Made by a program: the position numbers and the translations under genes. 64,000 bases of DNA from Octopus vulgaris (Eukaryota), in NCBI GenBank assembly GCA_951406725.2, contig OX597815.1, forward strand, positions 100,812,001 to 100,876,000, in the 5' to 3' direction. Positions 1 to 13,025 of the stretch are shown one piece after another. The notes beneath the pieces were generated by a model. The model searched no databases. It was not told where the DNA came from and saw nothing but the letters and a program-made list of their open reading frames with translations. Within the stretch, counting starts at the first letter, position 1, and every line of letters begins with the position of its first letter.

Positions 1-1047
1 TATTTTTGTATGTATGTATGTATACGTGTAGATTTGTATGTTTTGTTTTATGTATATCTTCTCAGGCATATACTTGTATATCTATACATGCTCAAATATA
101 CTTAAATGATAAACTTCTGGAAAGTTTTACAGATATTTACAGTTTCAGTAATGGCTTGGATCTGTAGTCTTCGAATCAGCTTCCTCCTTGGTTTTGAGAA
201 GCCTAATATCTCAAGATTAGTATTTAGGCAGTGTGTTGCATATCCTAGTACCCCAATAATTACACGTATAAACCTGAACTTGTAATCTGGATAGAATAAC
301 TGTAGATTTCTCAATAGTCCAGCGTAGGTATTCTCTTTTACACTGATCTTCAGTTTTATTTTAACATCCGCTGGGCAGCTGATCTCTACAACTGTACACG
401 GTTTTTCTTCTCTATTCCAAATCGTTATATCAGGTTCATTGTGTTTTCATTTTACTGAGGTTTTCACTGGGACATTCCATCAGTACACTTTTTCATTATG
501 AGTGGCTCTGGCTTCTACCATACTGTGGGCTCTTATTTCTTTGTCCTCGGAGTTATCCTTTCGACAGATCTTGTTATACAGTGTCCTAGCCACAACATCA
601 TGTCCCATTAGTAAATAAAACTGTGATGACATTTTAAGACAACTGCATTTGATGTGTGTGATATCTTCGGTGTTAAATCTATAAAGTCTGCATCAGTTGT
701 CACACTTTACTGCTTTTCCTGCATCTCTGCCCCTTTTGTGCAACAGGTATTTGGTTGATATTCCCTGTTTCAAAGTGGGAAGTAGTAATCCGGTCGTTGG
801 TCCATGATAGACTGCTTTGATGATCAATGTTATCATCATCTCGGAACTTTCTACTAACATATCCATGCATGGTCTTCTGCTCATATACGCCCATCCTTTC
901 ATCTGATGATATGTTGTAGTAGAGTCGTGCAACTTCTCTGGGCATGTATTTAAGGTTATAAGACAAGGAATGCTGCTCAAGTAGTTGCCTTCCAAGTCTT
1001 GATGTATGTATTGGTTGAAGCCTTTTCCCTACACGCATGTGAATCAC
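1..1047 (-). mobile_element. 3' fragment of an R4/Dong-like (restriction-like endonuclease) non-LTR retrotransposon, degenerate
   Basis: Minus-strand frames give a CCHC-type knuckle (KCDN..C..L....EDITHIKCSC), a GHDVVAR motif, PDITIW...VEISCPAD (RLE PD..E motif) and the C-terminus FIRVIIGVLG...ICKTFQKFII (ORFs 102-314, 700-1047). It is frameshifted, and a second copy lies near 28070-28757. Confidence 0.8.
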
Positions 1048-1049
1048 TA

Positions 1050-2215
1050 TTCGTAATATACCAAGAATGCAACATCAATCACAAACTCGTAGAGAATGTG
1101 ACATCTCAAAATTCCAGAACCCTGACACCGCAACCACCTTTGAAGCCAAAATAAGTCAGGAACTTAGTTCTAATCCAGTAAACGACCAATCTAATGATTC
1201 GCGATATAGTCACAGAAACAGCAAATACTATCGTCAGCTTCACCAAGACCAAATAGCAGGTCTGGTTTGATGAAAACAATATTGAAATCAACAACCTGAC
1301 TGAAGCAAAAACAGAATGCTCGACTGTCTCATGAACAAGACCGAAGATCCAGACTAAAAAAAGAAAAAAAAACATAAGTGCAGGAGTGGCTGTGTGGTAA
1401 GTAACTTGCTTACGAACCACATGGTCCCGGGTTCAGTCCCACTGCGTAGCACCTTGGGCAAGTGTCTTCTATTATAGCCTCGGGCCAACCAAATCCTTGA
1501 GAGTGGATTTGGTAGACGGGAAGTGAAAGAAGCTCGTCATATATGTATATTTATGTATATTTATGCGTGTGTATATGTTTGTGTGTATGTTTGTTCCCCC
1601 AACATCGTTTGACGACCGATGCCAGTGTGTTTACGTTCCCTTAACGTAGCGGTTCTACAAACGAGACCGATAGAATAAGTACTAGGGTTACAAAGAATAA
1701 GCTCTGGGCTCGACTAAAGGCGGTGCTCCTGCATGGCCGTAGTCAAATGACTGAAACAAGTAATAGAGTAAACGGTTTCCAGAAGCTAAAATTGAAGTGT
1801 CAAACAAAAACCAAAAGAACTACAGAACATCTGGTGGAAAGAAAAAGCAGCCGAACTTCAGGGCTATGCAGATGCAGATGACCTCATAGATTTCTATGTC
1901 GAACACCAATTAGATCCTTTCTAGCATCTGACAATACAAACATCCTGGACGATGCATAAGACATACTCCTATGGTGGAAGGAAACATTTCCCACCCTCCT
2001 AAACAGAAACTGGAATGCAGCTGAGAACTTCTTGAGGAACATTCCAGATTATCCTCCTCCGCTGTGGATGATTGGGAAGCCTACTTTTCACGAATTCAAG
2101 CAAGCTCTGAAGCGGATGAGATTAAAGAAGTCTCCAGGGCCAGATAACATCCCTCTCGACCTGATTAAACACGGAGGCTTACCTTTGCAAACCCACATCT
2201 TCACCTTCAAATAAT
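1050..2215 (+). mobile_element. Degenerate RTE-like LINE fragment interrupted by a SINE
   Basis: Remnants WFDENNIEINNL, LQGYADADD and KKSPGPDNIPLDLIKHGG, typical of the RTE endonuclease-to-RT linker. It is split by the SINE at 1377-1771. Confidence 0.65.
1377..1771 (+). mobile_element. SINE family 1 (tRNA-like head, internal TA/TG microsatellite)
   Basis: Head GCAGGAGTGGCTGTGTGGTAAG...GGTTCAGTCCC has Pol III A/B-box-like motifs, and the tail is ...ATGACTGAAACAAGTAA. About ten related copies occur in the window. Confidence 0.85.
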
Positions 2216-2879
2216 TTAAAGACAAACTGGGTGGGGAGCAGTACTGAGGAAAATGGGTTTGTGTCAGGTGATAAGTTAGAGCATGATAGAGGAATAGAAA
2301 GAGGTGTCTCCAGGTGGAAAAAGGTGAGGGGAGAGAGAGAGAGAGAAGGAGGGAGATGGTGAAGAGGATATTTTTTGGGGCGTACTCTCAAGTTACAGGA
2401 AGGAGTATAAAATTGAAGTGGTACAGCGGATTGGATAGGGTAATACGTGTGTGTATGTATGTGTGTCTGTGTTTGTGTGTGTGTGTCTGTTTTTGTGTGT
2501 ATGTGTGTGTGTGTGTTTGTGTGTTTGTATATGTAGAGCGATATCAAGCGTGTAATATATATATAATTTACTGAGCGTTTGTGCCTTTTATGTATAATAT
2601 ATTTTTGTATGGGTGTCCCTTATATTTCCTTTAGAGAAAGTTGTTTGCATGTATGATATATTCTATGTAGAAATATTCTTGGTTGCATCTATGATATACT
2701 TTTGTAGAGATTTTTGAGTGTATGTGAAAGGTTTTATGTAGGGATATTTTTTATATCCTTTCATTACATTATGCTGATATATTTTTATATAAATGTCCGA
2801 TAGATTTAATGTAGAGATTTTTTTTTTTTGCTTGATTGGATTGGTTGATTGGTGGTGATGGTTTTCGCAAGTCCTCCAT

Positions 2880-3280
2880 GAATGGTGTGGTTGACGTAGT
2901 TAATGTACCTCTGGAACAGTGTTGCAAGATACAAAAACATGTAGGGAAGGAGTTCTAAAAGGTGCACACTGTTGTAAGGAAGAACTAGGTATAGTGGTTA
3001 ATCTACGAAGGATAAATGAGTGACGCCTTAAGATCTGAGTCGAGGTGGAATACCTGCTCTGGGGAATAGAGGTGTTCTATTGTAATGGTAGAAACTTCAG
3101 AGAGAAAACAACACCTCCATGGGCCAGGAGTTTGAGTGTGTTGGACTGAGATTTGAGTGAGTGATTACATGCCTATTATTTGGGTAGCTTTTTCTTTGGT
3201 TGCAGTGTAAGTGCATGTATAGTGGCAACACTGACACACCTATGGGAGCAGTGAACTAAGAGGTTTCATCTTTATCGAGG
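2880..3280 (-). mobile_element. Highly decayed LINE 3' fragment (CR1/L2/Jockey-group-like)
   Basis: Minus strand loosely resembles the C-terminus of such RT ORFs (CSHxW..., LAHxxV..FY). Weak similarity, judged by eye. Confidence 0.35.
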
Positions 3281-3828
3281 ATTATTATTAGTTGACGGTG
3301 TCTGAAGCATTTTCTGGCCTTGAAAAGGATGCACACTCTCTGCTATGTTGAGATGTGCTCCCGATAATCTCGACATACCATCCGGCTATGCATGTCGGCC
3401 TATATGATCCATCATCACCCAATAACATCGAACACCACACGCTGACTGACAAAGCGGCATTCATCTGTTGTCGCTGAAATGTCGTTACACTCACGTCACC
3501 GTAATTGACTACCGGATGTTAAACTCACTCTGTAATATAAAAGCCACTACGTACCCTGCTACGTACAAAGCAGTGATGTAACATGCAAGTCACTCTCTCT
3601 GTTACAATAAGCCATTTCGTCCTCCATTTTGTTTTCGAATATGCAGGGAACTGATCGTATTTTGTCATGTTCACGAAACTTTAAGTAACATAAGGTGCTA
3701 AGTCAACCTGTTACTCAACACACACGCACGCACGCACATACACACACACACATACACACACGTACGCAGGTACACACACACGCATACGCGCGCACACACA
3801 CGCATGCGCGCGCGCACACACACACGTT

Positions 3829-4717
3829 CGTGGTTTGATCAATAAATATCCAGACTGTTGTCATAGTAACGAACCTAAAGCACGCAGAGTGAAGCCGCTT
3901 GGAAAAGATTGACCTTGAACTCTGCTGTGCATGTGCAGTAAGTTTTAACATTCTAGCTCGCTTCCTCTCTATACAGTAGTGCTTGGAAGTAACGTGCGTA
4001 GCGTGTGATCGTCGCATTGACAATGACAGAAAAAGTTGAGCATAGAACGTGCATTAAATTTTTACCAAAAGTTTGGAGATACCTGCTCAGAGGCCTACGC
4101 AAAGTTTTCAAAAAGTTTTTATCGTTCTCAACACAATCTAGGAGATCTTGTGCAACTGAAACCAGAATGTCTTTTTGGTCAGCTGAAAGCAGCTTTGGCA
4201 CAAGCTTGACAGACATGCGTCTCATACCCAAATCTTCAGTGATAATGGACTGAGCTGAACCGTAACTAATCTGTACATTCTCTGATAACTCACAGATGGT
4301 GATTCGACGATTTCCCCTCACAGCTGCACGCACATCTGCGATGTTTTTCTCAGTTCTGCTGGTTGCTGGTCTCCCAGAACGTTCGTCAATATCGACAGTT
4401 TTTCGGCCACCTTGGAAATGTCTGAATCGCTCGTACACTTATGTGGGGCTAATACACTCCTTTCCATACACTTTCTGCAGCTTTGCGTAGGTCTCTGAGC
4501 AGGTGTCGCCATGACAACTTTCTCTGTCATAGTCAATGCTACAATCACACGCTACTCACCTCCATTCCAAGCACTGCTGTAAACAGCAGAAGTGATCTAG
4601 AACGTTAAAACTTAGTGCTCGTGCACAGCAGAGTCAGCCTTTCCCAACCAACTTCACTCTGCGTGCTTTAGCTTTGTTACTATGGCAAAAGTCCGGATAC
4701 TTATTGATCAGACCTCC
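3829..4717 (-). mobile_element. Mariner-derived fold-back non-autonomous element
   Basis: Terminal inverted repeats CGTGGTTTGATCAATAAATATCCAGACT / AGTCCGGATACTTATTGATCAGACCTCC, followed by TA on the right. The centre encodes the N-terminal mariner HTH region (F..GRKTVDIDERSGRP...RRITI.EL...ISYGS...I.TEDLGMRR.SVKLVPKLLS). The transposase start MTEKV is present on both strands. Confidence 0.85.
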
Positions 4718-4949
4718 TATATAAAAAAACAGAAATTTATTATTTTTTATTCGACACAATGTAAATATAAGTCTGGACTAATTATTAATGTTAATCTTTA
4801 TCATAAGAAAATTTTTGAAAAATAAAATTTTCTAAAAAAAAAAAGAAACTCCAAAACAAAATAAAACCCCACAAACCACTCGAGGAAAAAGGAAACTAAA
4901 GTAAATTTACTATGAAAATGTAACTTGGGCAATATTCAATGGGGAGACT

Positions 4950-5440
4950 TTTCTCGTGTGGCAAGAAGTCTGTTACCAAGCCACATGGTTCCGGGTTCAG
5001 TAGCACTGCCTGGCACTTTGGGCAAGCCTCTTCTATTATAGGCTCAGGTCGACCAAAGCCTTGTGAGTGGATTTGGTAGACGAAAACTGAAAGAAGCCCG
5101 TCGTATATATATATATATATATATGTCTATGTATACACACACACACATGTCTCTCTCTCTATATGTGTGTGTGTGTGTGTGTGTGTGCGCGTTTGTGTGT
5201 GTGTGTGTGTGTGCGCGTGCGTTTGTGTGCATGTTTATCCTCCACCATTGCTTGACAACCGGTTTTGGTGTGTCTACGTACCCGCAACTTAACGGTTCAG
5301 CAAAACAGACCGATAGAATAAGTATTAGGCTTTAAAAAATAGTAATAAAAACTACTGAGGTCGATTCATTCGAATAAAAATCTTCAAGGCGGTGTTCCAG
5401 CATGGCCGCAGTCTAATGACTTAAACGAAGAAAAGATAAA
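4950..5440 (+). mobile_element. SINE family 1 copy
   Basis: Same head, internal microsatellite and tail as 1377-1771. Confidence 0.8.
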
Positions 5441-5799
5441 CGGTCAAAGAAAAGATTTACATAAAAAGCGTTAAACGCCGTAATGACGGAGCCTTCGGAG
5501 GAGGAAGATGAAGAAAATTCGGGAGCAAGTGAATGCGATGGCCTAGTCTCAGACTACTGGACCTCACAAGTAGAGAGACACTGCATTAAAATGGAGCCGT
5601 CCAACCAATGCCACAATAGAAAAACAGATGTATAAATGATGATAACTCCAGTGCCCCGTTTGAAGGAATATTTTGATGATAGTAAACTTTTCATATTTGA
5701 ACAAGTTCATAGATCATAAGATGTGAATTCTAACGTTTCTGCCTAGTCCCTGATTCGACAGTTGATTTCATGTGAATTAATTCACTTAAAACATATAAT

Positions 5800-6010
5800 T
5801 CTTTCTACTAAAGATGTAAGTCCTGAAATTCTTGTTCAAGGAGTCTGATCGATTACATCGACCCCAGTGCCCGACTGGTACTTATTTTTTCAACCCCGAA
5901 AGGATAAAAGGCAAAGTCGATCTCGGCGGAATTTGATCTCAGAAGCCGGATGAAATGCTGCAAAGCATTTGGTCCATCATGCTAACGATTCTACCCGTTC
6001 GCTACCTTTA
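5800..6010 (-). mobile_element. SINE family 2 copy
   Basis: Reverse complement of the family AAGGCGGCGAGCTGGCAGAA...GAGTTCAAATTCCGCCGAGGTCGACTTTGCCTTTCATCCTTTCGGGG...AGTACCAG seen at 57569 and 61811. Confidence 0.75.
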
Positions 6011-6099
6011 CCTAGAATATATGATTAAAGCGTTAGCATAGTCCATTGATTTTTGCTCAAGTTTCAAATTTATTTAAAACAAAAAATTGTAATGGACTC

Positions 6100-7260
6100 C
6101 TTCAAGATTTTAGAGAAGCAGGAAGACCAAAATATAAGAATATCATTAGAAAGCACTAGTTTTACTAAGACTAAATTAATAATCTCAATGTAAAGTAGTG
6201 CGAAGATTGCAAATCTCGAAATTCTTCAGTCAAATATTAAAAGGAAGAAAATGAAGTGACTTGACACCACGACAACTTAGCTCAAGTAAATATGCTCATG
6301 TCCTGACATCCCCACCTTGCCAAAAGCGTATTGGAAGACCACAAAGAAAGCTGTGTAGCTGAGAAATATCAAGTAATGAACAGAAAGAAGATAATGAAAT
6401 ATATGAAGCTGGTTGATGATCGGGAAAGATGAAGGTTGCATCTGTTGTTGTGCACCTGCGGCTTGTACAGGTTATGGATTTTGATTGATTGAAAGCGATA
6501 TTAGCATTATAAAGAACAATTTGAGACAGGAAACGAGAAACAGGTCCATAGAGTCTAATATGAATGAGCTAGTTTTACATTTGTCATAAAATAATCGTTG
6601 AAATTATGTAAACATGAAAGCTAAAATAAAAAAAAGTTCTAAATTCAATGTGTCGGTCAGAAGTGGTGCTTCGAAAACTTAGGTTGGTCAATAAGAGAAC
6701 ATCTACACGAAATTTTCAAACAGTTGTCTCGCGGCCCACTTGTGTACAGTGAATAGTGTATGGCGCTAAATGTATTTATAGGCTTAGCATGTTGAAGTCT
6801 AAGGCCCAAAAAATGGAAGGGTCCTCCAGCCAAGGTGATTAATATTGATGCTGCCTGAAGGGAAAAGGTAAGAAGGACGACTGCGGAAACTTCCGTAGAA
6901 TATCTTTTCTGTTGTAGGCAAGGTGTTGTGTCGGATCATGCTGGTTAGTTTTCTCAACAACATCGCTCATAAGATCCTCCCTTAGTCTTAGTGTGGATTC
7001 AGAAATGCTAGGGAGACAACGGATACGATCTTTTCTGTTAGGCGATTTCAGGAAAGATGCACTGAGCAGAAGGTAAGCCCGTATCAAGTCTTTGTGGATT
7101 TGACTGAGGTTTTTGATACTGCGAATAGAAATATCTTATAGAACATTTTGAGGAAACTTTAGTGTCCTGATAAGCTTGTCTCTGAGGTTAGACGTTCCGA
7201 TAATGGGCGAAAGCTTTTGTCAACATGGGTGATAGATTCTCTGATCCAATTTTGACAGAT
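6100..7260 (+). mobile_element. Decayed RTE-like LINE remnant
   Basis: VFVDLTEVFDTANR and ILRKL*CPDKLVS near 7090-7190 match the RTE RT motif (FxDLTKAFDTVNR...LxKxGCPxKF). Confidence 0.5.
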
Positions 7261-7708
7261 TAAGTTTATCACTGGAAAACATGTACATTACACCGATGAA
7301 CCAATGCATACTCACTCGACCAACTAGAAATAACAGCTAATTAACACCCTATCGCCTTGAAAAAAACCCGGACTGGATGATGTGATCTTGGGTTCTGTGC
7401 ACAAAAGGAAAATTGGATAGTCGTGACGGGAATGCTTTTGATCGTAGGTCTGATCGATCAGAGTCAAACAAGTACAGTACATCTAACGGTCTTCTATAAA
7501 GTTTTGTGTCCACACACGATTTGAGACGACCCATAGCTTTTACCCAAGATACACTGCAGTTCAATTATCTCCGGGTCCGTAAGATTGCAAAAAAAAAAAA
7601 ATCTTCTTAGCCATACGGTCATACATTAACTACTGCATTACAGTAATTTCTATATTGATTAGTTAATATGTAATGAATACAAAGAAAGGAAATGAAGAAA
7701 ATACTAAC

Positions 7709-8010
7709 CTGGCTAATATATTTTTTACTCTTTGCCTCAGAAAGAGCTCCAAATTTCTGGAGGTAAGACATCATATCTCCATTGCAAACATACTCCAGGA
7801 CGATATAAACTCGTTCTAATTCTTCGAAAGTTTCACAAAACTTGACAATATGTGGATGATCCAGTCTAGGCCAGAATTCCAGTTCCCTCGACAGGAAATG
7901 TTTTTGGTAAGTGACTGGAACTTTTGAAAGGCTGATAATTTTAACGGCCACTAAATCAGGTTTCTTGCATTGGTGGCGAGCCAATTTCACAATCGAGAAG
8001 CTACCATAAC
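7709..8010 (-). CDS. TSSK-like Ser/Thr kinase paralogue A, exon 2 (302 nt; kinase subdomains I-V)
   Basis: Acceptor ttcaactag| and donor CAG|gttagt. Encodes (G)YGSFSIVKL...VAVKIISLSKVP...FLSRELEFWPRLDHPHIVKF...VLEYVCNGDM...SQ. Same length and phases as exon 2 of genes B and C. Confidence 0.9.
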
Positions 8011-8999
8011 CTAGTTGAAATATACAATTATTTCATTGTTGTATAATCTAATGGGGAAAGATTAAGCATTTTAGCCAACTTCTATGATGCATTCTTATCT
8101 AGAGGTTGGAAGAGCATGTCATAAGAATCATGGAATGAGAGGCAGAATTGATTATCTACAACTTTTAGGATTTTACATATTTACTACTGTGTTGCAAATA
8201 TTCAGTGTCATTTACATTCATTTAAGTTTTTAATAATACAGAGCCACCATAGTCCTTTTTGATTGTATGAATATAGCTTTAAAAGCTTTTTACTATAAAA
8301 CATTTGGTCAAAATGAATGCCGTAGAAAAATATCCGTCCATTCCAGTATACTACTCATCCTACGATAATTAATTGCAACGTCTAACCAATGCCGACAGTC
8401 TAGAAACCTTATTAACAAGTAGATCACTACCACTGATAGTTAAGACGGCCTCGCTTACATTACACAAAAAATACCCCACTACAGAAACTAATTGTGCGTA
8501 GAATATTTCGATGATAAGGCATTAATCGAAGAATCTGATGGTAATTCTAATGAAAAGTTAGTAGTGTACTGGTGGGGTGTACATATTAGAAATAATTCAG
8601 AATTATTAGTGTTCAGAATAGTAGTTTCGTATTCGTTTCTGTATCGCAAACGCTTTCAAATGCACATAAGTCAGTTTGTCTGGCATCACGTTTTATACAC
8701 TCACCCCAAAAAAAGAACAAACTTAGGCACAAGTTTTTGTTCATCACCTTTTATCTGAAGACCACTGCAATTTCGGCACATTGGATATAGTATCACTTGC
8801 TCCAGTGCGCGAATAGATCAATAGAAAACTGCTTCTATGGAATGGTGCAATGAAGGCAAAGTAATATCAAAGCGGTGACACAATGATACGTAGAATAAGG
8901 CATGTAGCACCCAAAGTTTTGCTGTTCAACAGCATATATAGAAATTTCAGCTCTATCAATGACATCTAAGAACTTGTTAAGACAGTAATAGTTTGATAG

Positions 9000-10720
9000 A
9001 TAACAAAGCAACGTAAAACCGGTGCAGAGGCAAGTGGTGATATGGTATCACCACTTGCCTCTGATGACTGTCATATCGATCTTATCACATCTCCAAACCG
9101 TCAACACTCCCAGCACTCAAACAACTGGACATTGTCATTTGCCAGATGTGTGGCAACAAAACTCCTAGCCCTTCCTTGTACTGAATTGTATAAAAAGGGA
9201 AGATCTTGCAAAGCTCGTCGCCATCTGTTAATTTTACAGATATGAGAATGGAAATATGTCCACAATGACTTTAAGTATATCAATATTTTGAGAATCTTTA
9301 AAAAGGTTACTGTGGTATTTGTGGAAACTATACAGAGATGTTTCTATTATCATCAACTGGTAAGATCTTGTCTCATATATTGCTGAATTGACTCAACCAT
9401 GATATGGGTAAATTTATCAGTCCTAATGCAGTTTCTATTCTCAGAGAGCACGACCCACAGAATTTTTACTGTGAAACAACTTCAGCAAAAAGCAAGGAAA
9501 CAACTGAAACCGACCTTGTTTTTCATCTTCTATGATCTGCTTAAAGCCTTTGATACAGTGTCGAGACAAATCTCGTGGAAAGTACTCGGAAAATTCGTAT
9601 GTCCATACCACTTTAACCAAATGAATAAATTACTTGATAATGGCCTTAAAGTCAAGTGTCATACGGAGTTTAACTTCTATCTGAATTCAACATCAACAGT
9701 AGTTTTAAAGAAGGCTGTATACTTGCATCCACCACGCTTTCAATATATATGATTGCTGTACTGATGAAAATCGACCGTGAATCCGAACTTGGAATTACCA
9801 TTCAATATCCATACGAAGGAGGACTTCTCAATTTACTACGACTTCAAATGAAAATTAATACATTTACGGTCATAATCCACGAGTTGTAATATACGAAAAA
9901 CAATAACGTTTCATCTCTAACTGAATTCGATTTATAAATCCCCTCCAGTAATTTGTTCGCGCTAATGCGATGTTACGCCATGTCAAAAATGATGACTTTT
10001 GTTCAAAACTCACTCACAGCAGAAAAGAAACCTGTTTATATTACTGACCCTGATGACCCAGTTGAAGACGTTTTATCCTTTTCGTATCTCAGTAGCATTT
10101 TGCTTAACTCCTGTTCATTCGAATATGACTTCACCAACCGTGTGCGAGCAGCCCACGAATCCTTTGGAGATCTCTCACATCATATCTTTCACAGCTATAG
10201 TCTGAAACTCGAAATAAGTTTTGTCTGTTATACACTTTATACTCTTTACACTTCACTTCTCTGAGATTGTGAGACTTGGATTGCATCAAATATGTCAAAC
10301 TGAGAGATTCCAGCAAACAAAACTTCTACCGATCATCATATGTGTTGACTAAGCCGCAAGCAACGATCTACTATCAAGAACAAAGGCCATGAGAATCCAG
10401 AGCACCGCTGAAAAACATCGATTCCGACAGCCAGGGCATGTAAGAAGGATACTGGATGCAATAATTTCCATACAGATCCTGTACTCTGAACTTGCAAAAA
10501 GTCAACACCTAAGGGTTTTATTCCTAAAACACTTTCTTGACTTCATAAAGATTATATCCTTATTCGTCATTTAACTTAACGATGGAGAAAGCTAGTTGAA
10601 GACTTTAAGAATTGGAGACAATCATACAAAAGTGGAGACTTAGTGTGGATCACATTTAATATAAACATGTTGGAAGAAAAAGAGCCATATGAAAGGAAAG
10701 AGATCGACAACGACTTTTAG
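9000..10720 (+). mobile_element. Decayed RTE-like LINE in intron 1 of gene A (antisense to the gene)
   Basis: IFTVKQLQQKA...IFYDLLKAFDTVSRQ.SWKVLGKF.CP, FSYLSSIL...RVRAAHESFGDL and RFRQPGHVRRI...QILYSEL in broken frames. Confidence 0.75.
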
Positions 10721-11420
10721 GACGAGGGCAACTTCTGAAGCTTCAGCGCCGATTTTATAATCAAGTATTCGTATCAAATATCAGGCGGTACTATCATGAG
10801 AAACAGAAACATCAATAACATCGATGAAGAAACCTGAAACTTTGAAATCATCTTCGACATAGAAGGCACATAAATAGAGAGGGAGGGTAAGAAAGCAGGA
10901 GAAAGAGACGGAGAAAGAGGGAAAGAGGGAGGTAGAGAGAGAGGGGAGAGAGAGAGAGAGGAGAAGGAGAGGGAGTAGATGCTGATCCTCAAGTCGTCCC
11001 TGATGAATAGATTTATATAATTAAAAACATTATATGACCACTGTCTTTTTCTAGAATAACATTCAAAGACTTTCCTTTTTAAAACAGTAAAGTGATTTGA
11101 GGGAGATTCGGCTCAATTTCTAGCACCGTGAGTTATTGCGTGGAGGTTCCTATCATTGGCTTCGTATATGTATGAATAAATAAGTATGTGTTTTACATTT
11201 TGTGAGAATGTCTAGTATGTGTGTGATATGTGTGTGTGTGTGTGTGTGTACGATTGTAGAGTATGTGTGTTATGTGGTGTCATATGTGTATGTATGTATG
11301 TATGTATGTATGTATGTATGTATGTATGTATGTATGTATGTATGTATGTATGTGTGTATGTGCGAATGTATATGCTTAAAACTTTAAAATCTGTGAGATA
11401 TAGTTACTCGTGTTGCTTAC

Positions 11421-11595
11421 CTAGAGTTTTCAACACCACATAATCACGTTTTGACAGTACTTCTCTGTTGCTTACACAACAGTGATGTCTTTCTCTTTCT
11501 TTCCGTTTTGAATCGGTTTTCATCGGGTCAACATGCTTGGGTTGATGTTTTTGATGCTTCTTCATGGAAGCCCGATTCCTAATGCCACCAATCAT
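11421..11595 (-). CDS. TSSK-like kinase paralogue A, exon 1 (175 nt, phase 1)
   Basis: ATG at 11595. Ends ...VLSKRDYVVLKTL G|gtaagc and joins exon 2 to give LGYGSFSIVK (Gly-rich loop). Its end is homologous to LLKRDYIVTRSLG in gene B. The start codon is uncertain because downstream ATGs exist. Confidence 0.82.
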
Positions 11596-12789
11596 GGGAA
11601 AGATATTTAGAACGAATACATATCTGAAGCGGTTAGGGCATCAGCTTTAAATCAAAATAATTTGAAGACTTTCACAAGTAAAGCGTTTGTTGAAAATATC
11701 GAGAACGGCTGCGTTACAAATCAGACCAAAAACACGTAATATTTTAACACAATTTGGAGCTCTCGTAAAAAAAATAGAAACGCATCTTTAAGGCTCATAT
11801 TGTTTAGAGGTTGAAAGACAGAGCATATAATATTAATTTGTTTGTGATGATAATGATTTTGATGATAATGGAGATGATGGTGATGTTGTTGATGATGATG
11901 ATGATGATGATGTTGTTGATGGTTTTCTGTATTTTGAAGAAATGACGGCGCAAAACTAGGAAATAATAGTTTGATTCAAAGAAAACAAAATTATTAAACA
12001 GGTAACTTCATATTACATTTTTGGATTATTCAAAATTGACGCCTTTTTTTTTTGTTCAATATCGTTTTTCACACTCTTGGAATTCTTTGAAACAGTTTCT
12101 TGAATGTCTCATCAATATATTTAAAGGAATTTCCAAATATAGCAGACAAATGACATGATAGCATGTTTCAGAAGTTCGCTTCACAATGACGTCGTTCCGA
12201 GTGGCACCTTAAGCAAGTGTTGTCTATCTAATCATTAAGTTGGCTATCACCTTATGGAATGTAGAATTTGAAAGATAGAATCTGTGCAGAAGTCCGTCGC
12301 ATAAATATATAAATACACACACAAATACACTTATATACAAACGACAACACGTACATATATACTCAAGTGTTTGCGCGCACACAGAGTTGTAAATTTTTCG
12401 CTCTATATTAGTAAAGGTCATAAACACTAGCGAGAAAAAAAAAACCTTGCTTTAAGTACGAAATTCCTTGTGTTAACCCAAGTTAAACACACCCCCTTAT
12501 TACTCTCACTGTCAGAAATACAATGGACCAACGATTGGGCTGATGGAAACCTGTAAGCTACTGCGGTATTGTTCACAAATTACAACTTAAAATGAATAGG
12601 CATACTAGTTATATTCTTATATTCCCGTTATCCTCTAACCACGTTTCGGTACTTCTATGTATGTTTGTTTGAATGATAGTAGTGATTAAATCATTGATTG
12701 CACTTACAAAAACTGAGGATGTATTGGACTATTTCCTTTATTGAGAAAGAAACGGTAGCTCAATCAGATGAATAATCATCTTATTTTTT

Positions 12790-12981
12790 CCTTTTCTACT
12801 ATTGGCATAAGACCTGAAACTTTGTGGGATGGAACAAGTCAATTACATCGGCCCCAGTGCTTAAGTGATATTTATTTCATTGATACTGAAAGGATGAAAG
12901 GGAAAGTCGACCTCAGAGGAATTTGCACGTAGAACATAAAGAAGGACGAAATACTGCTAAGCATTCTGCTAGCTCGTCACC

Positions 12982-12985
<4 letters not shown>
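12790..12985 (-). mobile_element. SINE family 2 copy, decayed
   Basis: GAAAGGATGAAAGGGAAAGTCGACCTC...GGAATTTG is the reverse complement of the family 2 core. Confidence 0.65.

Positions 12986-13025
<40 letters not shown>

Noticed and set aside
1377-1450. tRNA-like A/B boxes at SINE heads
   Set aside because: No cloverleaf. These are SINE promoters, not tRNA genes.
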